A DNA stretch of 64,000 nt from Nitrospinales bacterium (GCA_965223345.1 CBDCWG010000012.1:128001-192000); one strand, 5' to 3'; shown: positions 48,088 through 59,541, numbered from the stretch's first letter. The notes: generated by a model not told the origin, from the letters alone. Translations and numbers: made by a program.

Positions 48088-48720
48088 TTAGTTGATTTCT
48101 CCGGGCGGGGGCAGGGTGTCTCCCGGTTGCTGGAACTGCGGCAGCATCTTCTCCCAGTCGCTGTAATAGGGCAGGATCTCGTATTCCAGCAGGTCGGCGA
48201 GCAGGATCCAGTCTTTATTTTTGTTGGCTTCCTCCATCTGCTGGATGAGGGTGATGAGCCTTTCCTGACGCTCCTTGACGGCGCCCTCGGGCATTTTTTG
48301 CGAACCGGGAATCAGGTCCACGGCTTTTTCCAGCGACTCCACCACCTGGGAAAACCAGTCCATGCCGTCGATGATGTTGATGAAAAACTGATTGGCTTCT
48401 TTTTCATCGCCGGACCGGAACAGCTCGGCGGCTTTTTCGATTCCGGGTATCAGCTTGTTGAGATACGCGCGGATGTTGGTCAGGTTCTTGTTGACGATCT
48501 GCGACAGCGAGGAGATTTCGGTTTCCAGGGTTTCGATTTCGGCGACAGGGGTGCGGCGGATGGGCTCGGAGTCGTGCGCGACTTCCTCCTTGTTCAGACA
48601 CACCCGGCTGAAAAAGTTTCCCAGCGCCGGTTTGCTCTGCAGGATGCCGTCGAGAAGCTCGCCCAGGGTGCTGCCGGTGTGCGGCCCTGGATGCTCTGCT
48701 CCATTGACAAATATTTTCAT
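48088..48720 (-). CDS. Conserved hypothetical protein of flagellar clusters
   Basis: Clean ORF with DWILLADLLEYEILP C-terminal motif; divergent from flagellin. Confidence 0.65.
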   Translation of the reverse strand: MKIFVNGAEHPGPHTGSTLGELLDGILQSKPALGNFFSRVCLNKEEVAHDSEPIRRTPVAEIETLETEISSLSQIVNKNLTNIRAYLNKLIPGIEKAAELFRSGDEKEANQFFINIIDGMDWFSQVVESLEKAVDLIPGSQKMPEGAVKERQERLITLIQQMEEANKNKDWILLADLLEYEILPYYSDWEKMLPQFQQPGDTLPPPGEIN

Positions 48721-48914
48721 GGTTGCCTCGCTGGGAGCCGGGTCGGGGAGGCTGCTAGGACCCGGAATTTGAAGGACAGTCCGCTCGGGACCGTTTTCAC
48801 CTTAATGGGTCGCTTTGCCGATGTCAAAGACTTTCATTGACAGCGCCCGCATAAGGGCCTTAACGTGGAAGTGACTGGAATATTTTCTCTTTTCATACAG
48901 GGGGATGCTTTTCC

Positions 48915-49766
48915 ATGATCGAATCGTTCAATTCGGGCAACCTCACGCAGCTGTTCAACATCATCGAAAGAAACAAATCCGGTCTCGGGCGGACGCTGGA
49001 AAAAATCGCCTCCGGACGCCGGTTGAACCGCGCCGGTGAGGACGCTGCCTCCAACGCGATCGCCACGCGGCTGCGCTCGGACATCCGTGTGCTCACGCAG
49101 GGGGTGCGCAACGTGGAATCGGGCGCCAATTTCGTACGCACCGCCGAGGGCGGGCTGCAGAACATCTCCGATCTGGTGACGCGCGGCCGCGAGCTGGCGA
49201 TTCAGGCGAGCAACGGCACCCTGGGCGATGCGGAACGGCAGACCCTGAACCAGGAACTCACGCAGATCAAAACCGAGATCGACCGCATCTCCAATGTGTC
49301 CGAATTCAACGGACAGAAACTGCTCGACGGTTCTCTGAGCCCGGGCTCGCCGACGCAGGTGGACATCCAGGCGGGATCGGGCAGCGGACCGGAAAACCGC
49401 ATCAACCTCAACGTCATCGACGCGACCGACACGCAGACGCTCAACATCGACGGTACCGACATCTCGACCCAGGCCGGGGCGCTGAACGCCATCGCCGATT
49501 TCGAACAGGCGGGCGACACGCTGTCGGCGACGCGCGGGGAGATCGGCGCCACCTCGAACCGGCTGGTCATCTCCGGCAACGAGCTGGGAACGCGCATCGA
49601 AAACCTGACGCGCTCGGAATCGGAACTGGCCGATGCGGACCTGGCGAAAGAAATCTCCGACCTGCAGCGCGGCCTGTCCCTGTTTCAGACCTCCATCCAG
49701 AGCCTGGCCACCAGCCTGCTGCAAAACGAACAGGCCACCGGCAGGCTGCTCAACACGCGCATCTGA
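48915..49766 (+). CDS. fliC: Short flagellin
   Basis: LEKIASGRRLNRAGEDAA, TAEGGL, RELAIQASNGT, FNGQKLLDG, RGEIGATSNRL, LADADLAKE. Confidence 0.88.
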   Translation: MIESFNSGNLTQLFNIIERNKSGLGRTLEKIASGRRLNRAGEDAASNAIATRLRSDIRVLTQGVRNVESGANFVRTAEGGLQNISDLVTRGRELAIQASNGTLGDAERQTLNQELTQIKTEIDRISNVSEFNGQKLLDGSLSPGSPTQVDIQAGSGSGPENRINLNVIDATDTQTLNIDGTDISTQAGALNAIADFEQAGDTLSATRGEIGATSNRLVISGNELGTRIENLTRSESELADADLAKEISDLQRGLSLFQTSIQSLATSLLQNEQATGRLLNTRI

Positions 49767-49880
49767 CCCTTCCATATGCAGGCGATCTACTCTTGCAGAT
49801 AGACGCTTGATAAAAAAAGAAGAGCTGCTCTCCTCCTGTCCTCTCACTTCCCCTATTTAAATGCTTCATACAGTATTAAT

Positions 49881-50213
49881 CTATTGAGTATCCGCCCCCA
49901 CTACCTTTTCCAAAACTTTACTAGGAGAAAATATTTTTATTAAGCTACTTGGTATACCTAGAACCTTAAATGCAGCAATTGACCAAAACACCCCCAAATA
50001 CCAAGGAGAGATAATATAAGCGAACACTACACCAAGAAATACGGGAAACAATGGATTCAATATTCCTGTAATCATTTCGTAAATATCATCAAGCAGCATG
50101 ATAGAACCGCCTAAAATCCATAACCATTCAATTTCGACTATAATTCCTGAGAGAAATAAAGAAATCCCACTTAAATCTAATAAGCCTTGAAGAATAATAA
50201 TGGTTTTTTCCAT
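49881..50213 (-). CDS. AT-rich small membrane protein (likely foreign)
   Basis: Hydrophobic ORF within a markedly AT-rich segment. Confidence 0.6.
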   Translation of the reverse strand: MEKTIIILQGLLDLSGISLFLSGIIVEIEWLWILGGSIMLLDDIYEMITGILNPLFPVFLGVVFAYIISPWYLGVFWSIAAFKVLGIPSSLIKIFSPSKVLEKVVGADTQ

Positions 50214-50525
50214 TCTGAATATTCCTCAATACAAGTGTGTTTCGCGATAGTGTTAACGAAGTTTTTGTTTGCAAAAATCAGAAATAGGGAACGGGAGGTT
50301 CCATCTCATTCCTCAGGAAAAACCTCATACCGCGGCTTGGTCTAAGCCGCTTTGCCTTTGAGTTCAGGGCTTAGTGAGCCCACAAACCCCGAGATTAGCC
50401 AAAACCGTGAAATCAGCGCTCACAGGGTGCTGCCCGGCCGATTGGGCCTTGACCCTAAGGTCCTGAAATGCTATTAATTGACCTCCTCAAACCCAAAAAT
50501 TCTGACTTTTTTCCGGAGTGGATTC

Positions 50526-50726
50526 ATGGAAGTCAACACGATCAAAATCGAAATACGCAAGCACCATGTGACGCCCGGCATGAACGTGCTGGACCTCGTC
50601 ATCGATGCGAACGGTGAAAAAATCGTCAAGCAGACGCAGCACAAGGATACGGATCAATCGTTTCAGAAGTTCGTGAAGGATGCGATCGCGCTCGGCAAGG
50701 AACTGGCGGAAGCCCGGATCGAATGA
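50526..50726 (+). CDS. Small hypothetical protein
   Basis: RBS ggag and host-like codon usage (MEVNTIKIE…). Confidence 0.6.
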   Translation: MEVNTIKIEIRKHHVTPGMNVLDLVIDANGEKIVKQTQHKDTDQSFQKFVKDAIALGKELAEARIE

Positions 50727-51020
50727 ACCATCCCCTGCCCTTTTGAAAAACTCCAGACTCTTCCCGCCCGCACGCCAGTCCTGAAGGATGCCCGGCGCAT
50801 TCAAACAAGGGGAAACGGGACGCGGTCCCGGCTCCTGGGCCATTCCCGCAAACGGCGCGCTTTCAGAAAAAACGCAAACTCTGTCTACCAGACACCGCTT
50901 GTGGTGATCGAAGCCGCAACTCCGCGCAGGTGGGGGACGCTTTGCGAAAACGCACAACCGCAGATCGTTAAAACGCCGCCCGGCGTGAACAAACTCGCCC
51001 TCCGCTTCAGGAGCGCGCGA

Positions 51021-52082
51021 TCAGGAATGCGTTTCCCGCTTGATATTCATCTTTTTCAGTTTTTCCACCAGGGTGGTGCGGTTGAGCCCCAGAAGATTGG
51101 CGGCTTTGTTCTTCACCCAGTCGGTTTTCTCCAACGCTTCCAGGATCAGCTCGCGCTCGAACTCCTCCACCGCCATCTTGAGGTTCATGCCCTCGTCGGG
51201 CACGCCCACGGTGAAGGATTTGCGCAGCGACTGCTGCAGCACGTGCGCCGCCGATTCGCGCGGCTCGGATTCCTCCAGGGGTTTCCAGCGCTCGCGCGGC
51301 GCGTCGCCCAGAACTTTGTCCGGCAGGTCGTTGGGCGTGATGACGGAGCCGCGGCTCAGCACCACCATGCGCTCGACGAAGTTCGCAAGCTCGCGGATGT
51401 TTCCCGGCCAGGCGTACTGGCCGAGGATGTCCATCGTCTCCGGACTCATGGATTTGCGGCGGCCGTTGATCTTCTTGTTGAACTGCTCGAGGAAATGCTC
51501 GACCAGCAGCGGAACGTCGGACTGGCGTTCTCTCAAGGGGGGCATGAAAATGGGAATGATGTTGAGGCGGTAAAAAAGGTCTTCGCGGAAATCGCCGCTC
51601 AGGATGGCCTGCTCGAGGTTTCTGTGGGTAGCCGCGATCACGCGCACGTCGATGGCGATGGGCTTGGTGCCGCCGATGCGGTCGATCTCCCGTTCCGCCA
51701 GAACGCGCAGCAGCTTGACCTGCAGGTTCAGCGGCATGTCGCCGATCTCGTCGAGAAAGACGGTGCCTTCGTTGGCCAGCTCCATGCGGCCGATGCGGGC
51801 GTTGGCCGCGCCGGTGAACGCGCCTTTTTCGTAGCCGAACAATTCGCTTTCCAACAGCTCGCTGGGGATGGCGGCGCAGTTGACGGCGACGAAGGGCTGG
51901 TTGGCGCGGTGGCTGTTGTGGTGGAGGGCGCGGGCGATCAGCTCCTTGCCGGTGCCGCTTTCTCCGTAAATCATGACGGTGCTGTCGGAGCAGGCGGACT
52001 TGTCTACGATCTCAAAGACTTCTCGTATCGGTTTGCTGTCACCGATGATCTGGAAGGAGTCTGTGTTTAATTTTATTTCCAT
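51021..52082 (-). CDS. Sigma-54 activator lacking an N-terminal sensory domain (FleQ/FlrA-like)
   Basis: [48 protein letters not shown]. Confidence 0.9.
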   Translation of the reverse strand: MEIKLNTDSFQIIGDSKPIREVFEIVDKSACSDSTVMIYGESGTGKELIARALHHNSHRANQPFVAVNCAAIPSELLESELFGYEKGAFTGAANARIGRMELANEGTVFLDEIGDMPLNLQVKLLRVLAEREIDRIGGTKPIAIDVRVIAATHRNLEQAILSGDFREDLFYRLNIIPIFMPPLRERQSDVPLLVEHFLEQFNKKINGRRKSMSPETMDILGQYAWPGNIRELANFVERMVVLSRGSVITPNDLPDKVLGDAPRERWKPLEESEPRESAAHVLQQSLRKSFTVGVPDEGMNLKMAVEEFERELILEALEKTDWVKNKAANLLGLNRTTLVEKLKKMNIKRETHS

Positions 52083-52326
52083 AAATTGAAAATCATTATA
52101 GCCGGATGTAAATGATTGTCAAAAAAAACACTAACCCAACGAAGCTTCTTCCAGAATTATTGAAAAGTTTTATGGGAGTTTCTTTTTTATTTGTTTATGT
52201 TTTTGAAGATCAGACTTGCTTTCAATAATTTTTATTAAATTTTATCACTTTGTGTGTTTTGAAAAAGCTTTTTGCATTGCATGTGAGGGAGGAAGGAAAG
52301 AAAAAAATATTAAAGTGAGAGATGGA

Positions 52327-53705
52327 TCACTTGCCGATGCAGAATTCTCCGAAGATCCGGTCGAGCAGATCCTCATCGAAGGTTTTCCCGAGCAGGGAAC
52401 CGATCCGCTCCTGAGCGGCCTGCACGTCCACGGCGATGAATTCCTCGGACAGGCCCTCTTTTAAGGATGCGGCGGCCCGCTCCAGCGCTTTGGCGGCGTC
52501 CTCCAGGCACTGCCGGTGCCTCTCGCGCGTGATGACGCCCGCTTCCGGCCGCCGCCGGTCTGCGACAGCGCCGCGTGCAGCGCTTCGATCAGCTCCGGCA
52601 GCCCGTCTCCTTCTTTGGCGGAGATCTTCAGGGGCGCGGCCTCATCGGGGAAGGCGGCGGTCAACTGAGCCCGGTCCAGTTTTTCCGGCAGGTCGCATTT
52701 GTTGAGTAAAAGAATTTTCTGCTTGCCCTGCACCTCGCGCAGCAACAGCGCGTCGTTGTCGTCGAGCGGCTCGGAAGCGTCGAACACCACCAGCGCGAGG
52801 TCGGCCTGCTTGAGCGCCGCCAGCGCGCGTTGGATGCCTTCGCCCTCGATGGATTCGGGATCCTTACGCAATCCCGCCGCATCGACGATGTTGATGTGGA
52901 TGTCCTTGATGCGCACGCGCTCTTCCAGCGTGTCGCGCGTGGTGCCCGGATGCGGTGTGACGATGGCGCGTTCCTCGCCCAACAGCAGGTTGAGCAGGCT
53001 GGATTTGCCGACGTTGGGCTTGCCGATCAACGCGACGCGCGCGCCTTCGCGTTCGATCTTGCCGCGGTCAAAGGTAGCGAGCAGCGCCTGGATTCCGGCT
53101 TGCACGGAGTGCACGTCTTTCAGCACGCGGTCTTTTTTTTCAAACTCGATCCCCTCTTCCGGAAAATCGATCGCCGCCTCCAGCTGCGCCAGAACCGCAA
53201 GCAGCGAAGCGTACAACGCCTCGATGGACTGGGAGAGCGTTCCCTTGAGCTGCGCCAGCGCCGCCTTGAGGGCTTTTTCCGATGCGGCGTGGATCACATC
53301 GGCCACCGCCTCGGCCTGCGTGAGGTCGATCTTGCCGTTGAGGAACGCGCGGCGCGTGAACTCGCCGGGCTCGGCGAGCCGCGCCCCCTGCTCCAGGATC
53401 AGTTTCAGGATGCGGCCGGCCACGTAGGAACCGCCGTGCGCGCTGACCTCGACCACCTCTTCGCCGGTGTAGCTTTTCGGCGCGCGAAACCAAGTCACCA
53501 GCACCCGGTCGATGGCGGCGTGCGTCGCGGGGTCGCGGATCTCTCCATAGGTGACGCGGTGCGGGCTCAAATCCGCTGCGGCCTCACCACCCGTGCGGTG
53601 AAACAGCTTCGCGATCAGGCTCCGGCTTTCGGGTCCGCTGACGCGGAGCACGTGGATCCCGCCTTCTCCCTGAGGGGTGGCGATGGCTGCGATGGTGTCT
53701 TTCAT
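52327..53705 (-). pseudogene. mnmE: tRNA modification GTPase MnmE with a frameshift near 52545-52555 (real or sequencing error)
   Basis: DTIAAIATP, SYTGEEVVE and GKPNVGKSS in one frame; conserved C-terminus …DLLDRIFGEFCIGK* in another frame ending at 52327. Confidence 0.88.
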
Positions 53706-53769
53706 GGCCTTTTCCTGCACAAACGCCGGGAGAGCCCCGATCTCATGGCCAACCAGGATACATCACCGT

Positions 53770-55413
53770 TTACTTGGCGATTTTGTAGATGTAGTACTGC
53801 TGCGCGATGGTCAGCACGTTGTTGATGGTCCAGTAAATGACCAGACCCGCAGGGAAGGTGATAAACAGGAAGGTGAACACGACGGGCAGAAACATCATGA
53901 TCTTCTGCTGCACCGGGTCGCCGATGGTGGGGGACAGCCTTTGCTGCAAAAACATCGTCACGCCCATCAGCACCGGCGTCACGTAGTAGGGATCCTGGAC
54001 GGACAGGTCCTGAATCCACAGCATGAACGGCGCGCCGCGCAGTTCGATGGAAAAAAACAGGGCGTGGTACAGCGCGATGAACACGGGAATCTGCAACAGC
54101 ATGGGCAGACAGCCGCCGAGCGGATTGACCTTGTGCTTTTTGTACAGCTCCAGCATCTCCTCGTTCATCTTCTGGCGGTCGTTTTTGTTGCGCTCCTGGA
54201 TCACCTTGACGTAGGGCTGGATTTTCTGCATCCCCTTCATGGATTTGAAACTTTTGTGGGTGAGGGGGAAGAACAGGATTTTGATGATGATGGTCAGGAT
54301 GATGATCGACCAGCCGTAGTTTTTGGTGATGCCGTAAAAATACTCCAGGGTCTTGAGCAGGGGCTTCACCAGAAAGGCGAATTTGTTGCCGAGCCAGCCG
54401 TAGTCGAGAAGGCGGAACAGCTTGTGGCCGGAGTCTTCCAGCACCTGCAGCTGCTTGGTGCCCGCATACAACAGGTACGACACGGACGCGGCGGACTGCA
54501 CCGATTCGAAATCGAGCCCGACGTAAAGCTCGTCGTTCTTTTTCTGCACCCGCGCCGATTTCGCGCCTTCGTTCGGCACCAGGGCGGCGGCGAAGTATTT
54601 ATTCTGGAATGACGTCCACTTGAGATCGCCTTTCAGCGTGACGCCGCCGTCGATTTCATCCTCGGGGGTTTCGATGCGCTCGTTGTTGACGAAACTGGTG
54701 GGGCCGGAAAAAATGAAGTAGTCGGTCTGCGAGCTCACCGCGCCGCCCATCGAGGGCCCCCACAGCACGCGGTAGTTCAGGTTGCGGCTCGCCAGCGGGA
54801 TGGCGCTGATGCGCGTGTTCACCTGCACTAGAAATTCCTTGTGACGGAACGTGAATTCGCGCACCACTTCCAGCCCGGACTCGTGACGCAGACTCATCGT
54901 CAGCTTGCCTTCGGGATTGGCCTCGTTGATTTCGAGAAATTCCGGGGACACGTCGTAATACGCATTCTGCAGAATGTGGGTGATGGATGCGTCGTCCGAC
55001 TCGAGCGCAAGCGGCATCGTCGCGCCGGGCACGTGGTTGACGAGGTCCACCACTTCGCCGTCGTCGGTGCGGTACTCGGGCAGCAGCACCTGTTGGAGCG
55101 TGCCGCCTCTGTTGGAAAACTGAAAGCGGGCGCGGCCGTTGAAAACGGTGACGAGCTTCTCTGTGCCCGGAAAGGGAGCCGGCGCGGGAGCCACTGCAGG
55201 GGGCGCCGCCTCTCCGGTTTCGGGCAGCGGCGCCGGTTCACCCGGTGCGGGCGGCGTGTCCGCGGACGGCGGCGTCTGTTTCTGGGCCTGCTGGGTTGGC
55301 GTCTTTTTCTTTTTGGCGTCGGGAGGCGGCGGATTGATGACCGCCATGAAATACCCCCATCCCACGAACACCACCAGGGACAACACAAACGCCAGCAACA
55401 CTCGGTTTTCCAA
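53770..55413 (-). CDS. yidC: Membrane protein insertase YidC
   Basis: NYGWSIIILT, NPLGGCLPMLLQIPVF, PAGLVIYW. Confidence 0.96.
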   Translation of the reverse strand: MENRVLLAFVLSLVVFVGWGYFMAVINPPPPDAKKKKTPTQQAQKQTPPSADTPPAPGEPAPLPETGEAAPPAVAPAPAPFPGTEKLVTVFNGRARFQFSNRGGTLQQVLLPEYRTDDGEVVDLVNHVPGATMPLALESDDASITHILQNAYYDVSPEFLEINEANPEGKLTMSLRHESGLEVVREFTFRHKEFLVQVNTRISAIPLASRNLNYRVLWGPSMGGAVSSQTDYFIFSGPTSFVNNERIETPEDEIDGGVTLKGDLKWTSFQNKYFAAALVPNEGAKSARVQKKNDELYVGLDFESVQSAASVSYLLYAGTKQLQVLEDSGHKLFRLLDYGWLGNKFAFLVKPLLKTLEYFYGITKNYGWSIIILTIIIKILFFPLTHKSFKSMKGMQKIQPYVKVIQERNKNDRQKMNEEMLELYKKHKVNPLGGCLPMLLQIPVFIALYHALFFSIELRGAPFMLWIQDLSVQDPYYVTPVLMGVTMFLQQRLSPTIGDPVQQKIMMFLPVVFTFLFITFPAGLVIYWTINNVLTIAQQYYIYKIAK

Positions 55414-55442
55414 TTACGATTCTCCGCTGAAAAGGATACGCG

Positions 55443-55655
55443 TCATTTGAGAGGGTCGGCGCCCCCTTCATGATAGGGGTGGCACTTGAACAGGCGGCAC
55501 ACGATGCGGTAAAGCGCCAGAAACAGGTTGTGGCGCTCGAGCGCCTGCACCGAATACTCCGAACAACTGGGATAAAACCGGCACGCGGGAATCATGAAGG
55601 GAGATAAAAGCTTCTGGTAGAGCTTGATGATCTGGATCAGGACCCAATTGAGCAT
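55443..55655 (-). CDS. yidD: Membrane protein insertion efficiency factor YidD
   Basis: CRFYPSCSEY, KCHP, GGADP. Confidence 0.93.
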   Translation of the reverse strand: MLNWVLIQIIKLYQKLLSPFMIPACRFYPSCSEYSVQALERHNLFLALYRIVCRLFKCHPYHEGGADPLK

Positions 55656-55696
55656 GGATGTTCAGGACCCGTACACAGGGTGGGAGTCTGGAAAAG

Positions 55697-56050
55697 TCAG
55701 GACGATTCTCGTATCTTCAGAAGAGTTTTGGCAATCTTTTTTTCCAACAAAGAAGCGGGAAGGGAAACCAGATCCTTACCGGAAATGATCACCAGATCGG
55801 TCCCCGGCTGTACCCGGTGCTTGAGGCGCCGGAACGCTTCGCGGATTTTCCGCTTGGCGCGGTTGCGGACCACGGCGTTGCCCACTTTTTTGGAGGCGAT
55901 GATGCCGAGCCTCCGGCGATTGAGGTCGTTTGGAAGGGTAAACAGCGTGCAGATGGTCTCGATCCGCCGCTTCCTGCCCCGAGCCATCACCCGTTCGAAC
56001 TCGGGCCGCTTGGCCAATCGTTCACTTTTTGAAAAAGTGAAATCGCCCAT
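55697..56050 (-). CDS. rnpA: RNase P protein component
   Basis: RLGIIASKKVGNAVVRNRAKRKIRE. Confidence 0.95.
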   Translation of the reverse strand: MGDFTFSKSERLAKRPEFERVMARGRKRRIETICTLFTLPNDLNRRRLGIIASKKVGNAVVRNRAKRKIREAFRRLKHRVQPGTDLVIISGKDLVSLPASLLEKKIAKTLLKIRESS

Positions 56051-56053
56051 GGG

Positions 56054-56188
56054 TCAGACGGTCAGCCGTTTCCGTCCTTTTCGCCTCCGGTTGGCCAGAA
56101 TCCTCCGGCCCCCCACCGTGGATTTCCGCTTGCGGAACCCGTGCGTCCTCTTTCTTCGTTGGTTTTTGGGTTGAAACGTTCTCTTCAT
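56054..56188 (-). CDS. rpmH: 50S ribosomal protein L34 (not in the ORF track)
   Basis: Manual translation [44 protein letters not shown]. Confidence 0.96.
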   Translation of the reverse strand: MKRTFQPKNQRRKRTHGFRKRKSTVGGRRILANRRRKGRKRLTV

Positions 56189-56517
56189 TTTTCACAAACC
56201 CGTCACAGCCGGCAGCCGCAATAAAAACCACTGATAAATCAGGGGTTATGCGTTTCCGGCTGAAATTATTCTTCTATTGCCCGGTTTTCGGGGAATTATT
56301 TCACCCGGCTCCCGCCTTGTCAAGGCCGATTTGAACTATTTTCCGCCAATTCAAACCTTTGCAACAATTTTTGTCGCTCGCTGGAAAGCGTGTGTTTTTT
56401 CGGCACTAAGGGGTCAATCCCTGGAAAAGGGGATAAATGGCCATTTTTTGTTATAAAATTCATCAATTATGCGGTAACATATTTAAAATCAATAGGAATA
56501 CAAATTCGAGGGGGATC

Positions 56518-58086
56518 ATGACCGTTTTACATTCTGCCAACGCCACAGCGGGACGCCGATTCCACTTTGGGAACCGAACGAAAGCCATCTCCTTTAAGAG
56601 CTCGTTGATTCTTTTCGGGTTGCTGGTTTTCAGCGCCGTGCACGCGCCCTTTGCGGCCTCGGAAAGCGCACGCACGCTGGAGACGTCTTTCGCTCCGGTG
56701 GAAGTGGCCCAGCTTTCTCCGGGACGCGTCGCCATCCTGGAGGGAACCACGGACGAGTCCATCGAAGGCAGCAAACTGTATTTCACCGAAAACAAACTCA
56801 AACAGGCCGGGTTCATTCTGTCTGAGACCGACTCGGTCGGCACCATCATAGATAATGTGGACGGCCACGGAACCTATGGGGTCGGGGAGTATGTCTTCAT
56901 CGACCTGGGCAAAGAACACGGCATCGCCAAAGGCGACAAGTTCACCGTTTTCAGCCGCGGCCGGCACATCCGCCATCCGGTTCTGTATGGCGAGGAAAAA
57001 GAAGGCATCCCCGATTACGAGCGGCCGCTGGCAGAACCGCACAAAACGTTCTTTTCCCGCGTCGGCCGCTTCGTCGGCTACATGGTGCGGGAGCTGGGCA
57101 TCCTCGAAGTGGTGGAAGTGACCGACGGTGCCTCCAAAGCAATCGTCAAGGAAAGCTACCAGCCGCTGCACGACGGCGCGCTGATCACGCCTTTCGTCAA
57201 ACTCAACGCACCTCCGAGACTGCCGAAGGCGAAAGCGGGTGAGCCGAGGCAGGAAGGCTATGTCATCGCGTTCCGCCGCGAAAGCTACCAGGCGGGACTC
57301 AACGACATCGTTTACATCGACCGGGGCCTGAAAGACAACGTGCGTCCGGGAGACCGATTCGAGTTTTACAAGGTACCGACGGTTGAGGAAGCGGACTGGA
57401 ACGAACTGCAACCGCGCGTGCAGCCCCTGATCCCGCAGGTGATCGGAGAGATGCAGGTTCTCAAGGTGCAGGAAGAAACCGCCACCGGCGTCATCACCAA
57501 CAGTCAGAATCCCATCAAGCTGGGCCAGCACATCCGTTACAAACCGGTGGACATCGTGCCCAAGCCGCTGGACCAGGTCGCCTCCTTACAGGCCGCCCCC
57601 GACTACACGCCGCGTGTGATGGAGATCATTCAGGAGGAAGAACCCGTCGTGGAGACCGTCGCCGAGGAATCCCCCTTCTCGGATTTCACCGATCCGCTGG
57701 CAGAGCCTGTGGAAGAGGCGAAACTGCTCGACTACATTCCCAGCCCGGACATGGCCAACGTGCACTTTGAGTTCGACCAGCACGCGATCGATTCGCACGC
57801 CGAAACCACGCTGCAAAAACATGCGGCCTACCTGAAGGACCACCCGTATGTGAAAGTTCAGATCGAAGGCCACGCGGACGACCGGGGCACCAACAACTAC
57901 AACCTGGCCCTGGGCGAGCGCCGCGCCGAAGCCGTGCGGGATTACCTGATATCTTTGGGTGTGGAAGAGGACCGCATGAGCGTCATTTCTTACGGCGAGG
58001 AAAAACCCACCTGCTTCGAAAGCAGCGAGACCTGCTGGCAGGAAAACCGCAAGGTGCACTTTCTCGTGAGCGAAGGACAAAGCTGA
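56518..58086 (+). CDS. Exported protein with two FlgT-C-like beta domains and a C-terminal OmpA/Pal peptidoglycan-binding domain
   Basis: VHFEFD, IEGHADDRGTNNYNLALGERRA, SYGEEKP, ENRKV. Confidence 0.82.
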   Translation: MTVLHSANATAGRRFHFGNRTKAISFKSSLILFGLLVFSAVHAPFAASESARTLETSFAPVEVAQLSPGRVAILEGTTDESIEGSKLYFTENKLKQAGFILSETDSVGTIIDNVDGHGTYGVGEYVFIDLGKEHGIAKGDKFTVFSRGRHIRHPVLYGEEKEGIPDYERPLAEPHKTFFSRVGRFVGYMVRELGILEVVEVTDGASKAIVKESYQPLHDGALITPFVKLNAPPRLPKAKAGEPRQEGYVIAFRRESYQAGLNDIVYIDRGLKDNVRPGDRFEFYKVPTVEEADWNELQPRVQPLIPQVIGEMQVLKVQEETATGVITNSQNPIKLGQHIRYKPVDIVPKPLDQVASLQAAPDYTPRVMEIIQEEEPVVETVAEESPFSDFTDPLAEPVEEAKLLDYIPSPDMANVHFEFDQHAIDSHAETTLQKHAAYLKDHPYVKVQIEGHADDRGTNNYNLALGERRAEAVRDYLISLGVEEDRMSVISYGEEKPTCFESSETCWQENRKVHFLVSEGQS

Positions 58087-58161
58087 TATTCGCCCGGCAA
58101 GGCCCCCGCTATGGGGTTGAGCCGGGCAGCGTTTCTCCCTCCTTAAAGGCGTCCGCCGCGA

Positions 58162-59379
58162 TCAACCCGCTTCGATTTTCAGAAACCGTTTCTTGCCGAC
58201 TTTGATCAGGTATTCCCGGCCGCTCTCCAGCTTCAGACTGGCATCCGCCACTTTTTCTCCGTTGAGACTCACCGCGCCCTGTTGAATGAGCCGGCGGGCG
58301 GCGGAAGTGCTGTCTGTGAGCGCGTGTTCGGTGAGCACCTTGCAGATCCAGCGCGGCTCGCCCTGCCACGATTTCACGACCGGCACGTCTTCGGGCACCT
58401 GTTTCTTCTTAAAGACGTTTTCAAACTCGCGGTGCGCTTCCTCCGCCGCGTCCGGAGAGTGGTAGCGTGTGACGATCTCTTTGGCCAGCCGCACCTTCGC
58501 ATCCTTGGGGTTCGTCTTTCCCGCTTGCGCGTCCTTTTTGAGCGCGGCGAGTTCGTCTTCCGGCACGTCGCTCAGCAGCTCGTAAAACCGCCACATCATG
58601 GCGTCGGAGATCGACAGCACCTTGCCGAACATCTCCCCCGGCGCGTCGAACACGCCGATGCTGTTGCCGAGGCTTTTGCTCATCTTCTGCACGCCGTCGG
58701 TGCCTTCCAGAAGCGGCATGGTGAGCACGGTCTGCGGCTGCTGGCCGTAGCTTCTCTGCAGGTCCCGGCCGACGAGCAGGTTGAATTTCTGATCGGTGCC
58801 CCCCAGCTCCACGTCGGCCTTGAGCGCCACCGAGTCGTAGCCCTGAATGAGCGGATACAGCAATTCGTGGATGGACACGGGCAGGTTGTTGGCGAGGCGC
58901 TTCTGGAAATCGTCGCGCTCCACCATGCGCGCCACGGTGTATTGCGCGGCCAGGGCGATCATGTCCTGCGAGGTGAAGCGGTTCATCCATTCGCTGTTTT
59001 TCGCCACGGTGGTCTTGCCGCGGTCGAGGATCAGGTACACCTGCTCCAGGTACGTGCGGGCGTTGGTTTCCACTTCTTCGGGCGACAGGCTTTTCCGCGT
59101 CTCGGATTTTCCCGTCGGATCGCCGATCAGGGCGGTGAAATCCCCGACCAGGAAGATCACCTCGTGACCCAGTTCCTGAAACTGCTTCATTTTGTGCAGC
59201 AGCACGGTGTGACCCAGATGCAGATCGGGCGCGGTGGGGTCGAAGCCCGCCTTGACTCGAAGGGGCGTGCCTGTTTTAATTGATTTTTCGATCTGCTCTG
59301 CGAGTTCTTTTTCGTCGATGATCTCGGCGGCGCCGCGGCGGATTTTTTTCAGCTGATCTTCGACGGATAGCGTGTTCAT
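58162..59379 (-). CDS. tyrS: Tyrosine--tRNA ligase
   Basis: [27 protein letters not shown]4-like C-terminus. Confidence 0.97.
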   Translation of the reverse strand: MNTLSVEDQLKKIRRGAAEIIDEKELAEQIEKSIKTGTPLRVKAGFDPTAPDLHLGHTVLLHKMKQFQELGHEVIFLVGDFTALIGDPTGKSETRKSLSPEEVETNARTYLEQVYLILDRGKTTVAKNSEWMNRFTSQDMIALAAQYTVARMVERDDFQKRLANNLPVSIHELLYPLIQGYDSVALKADVELGGTDQKFNLLVGRDLQRSYGQQPQTVLTMPLLEGTDGVQKMSKSLGNSIGVFDAPGEMFGKVLSISDAMMWRFYELLSDVPEDELAALKKDAQAGKTNPKDAKVRLAKEIVTRYHSPDAAEEAHREFENVFKKKQVPEDVPVVKSWQGEPRWICKVLTEHALTDSTSAARRLIQQGAVSLNGEKVADASLKLESGREYLIKVGKKRFLKIEAG

Positions 59380-59541
59380 GGTGCAGGCGGGCGGGAAAGA
59401 ACCCTCAATAGGTTGTCATTTCAGACGCAAAAGCCTGGCTGGACCCCGTCTGAGCGAAAAAATGGAATAGCACACCCGGAAGCAAACTGCAAGCGGGCCC
59501 CGGCGCTGGCGGCGCCCCGGCCCCAATGAGAATGGAGCGGC

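Noticed and set aside
48796..48824. Sigma-28 promoter for the flagellin (GCCGATGT)
   Set aside because: No TAAA-like -35 at the proper spacing; too weak to call.
56189..56517. oriC next to rpmH (also the AT-rich gap 52083-52326)
   Set aside because: No TTATCCACA-type DnaA boxes seen and no dnaA adjacent.
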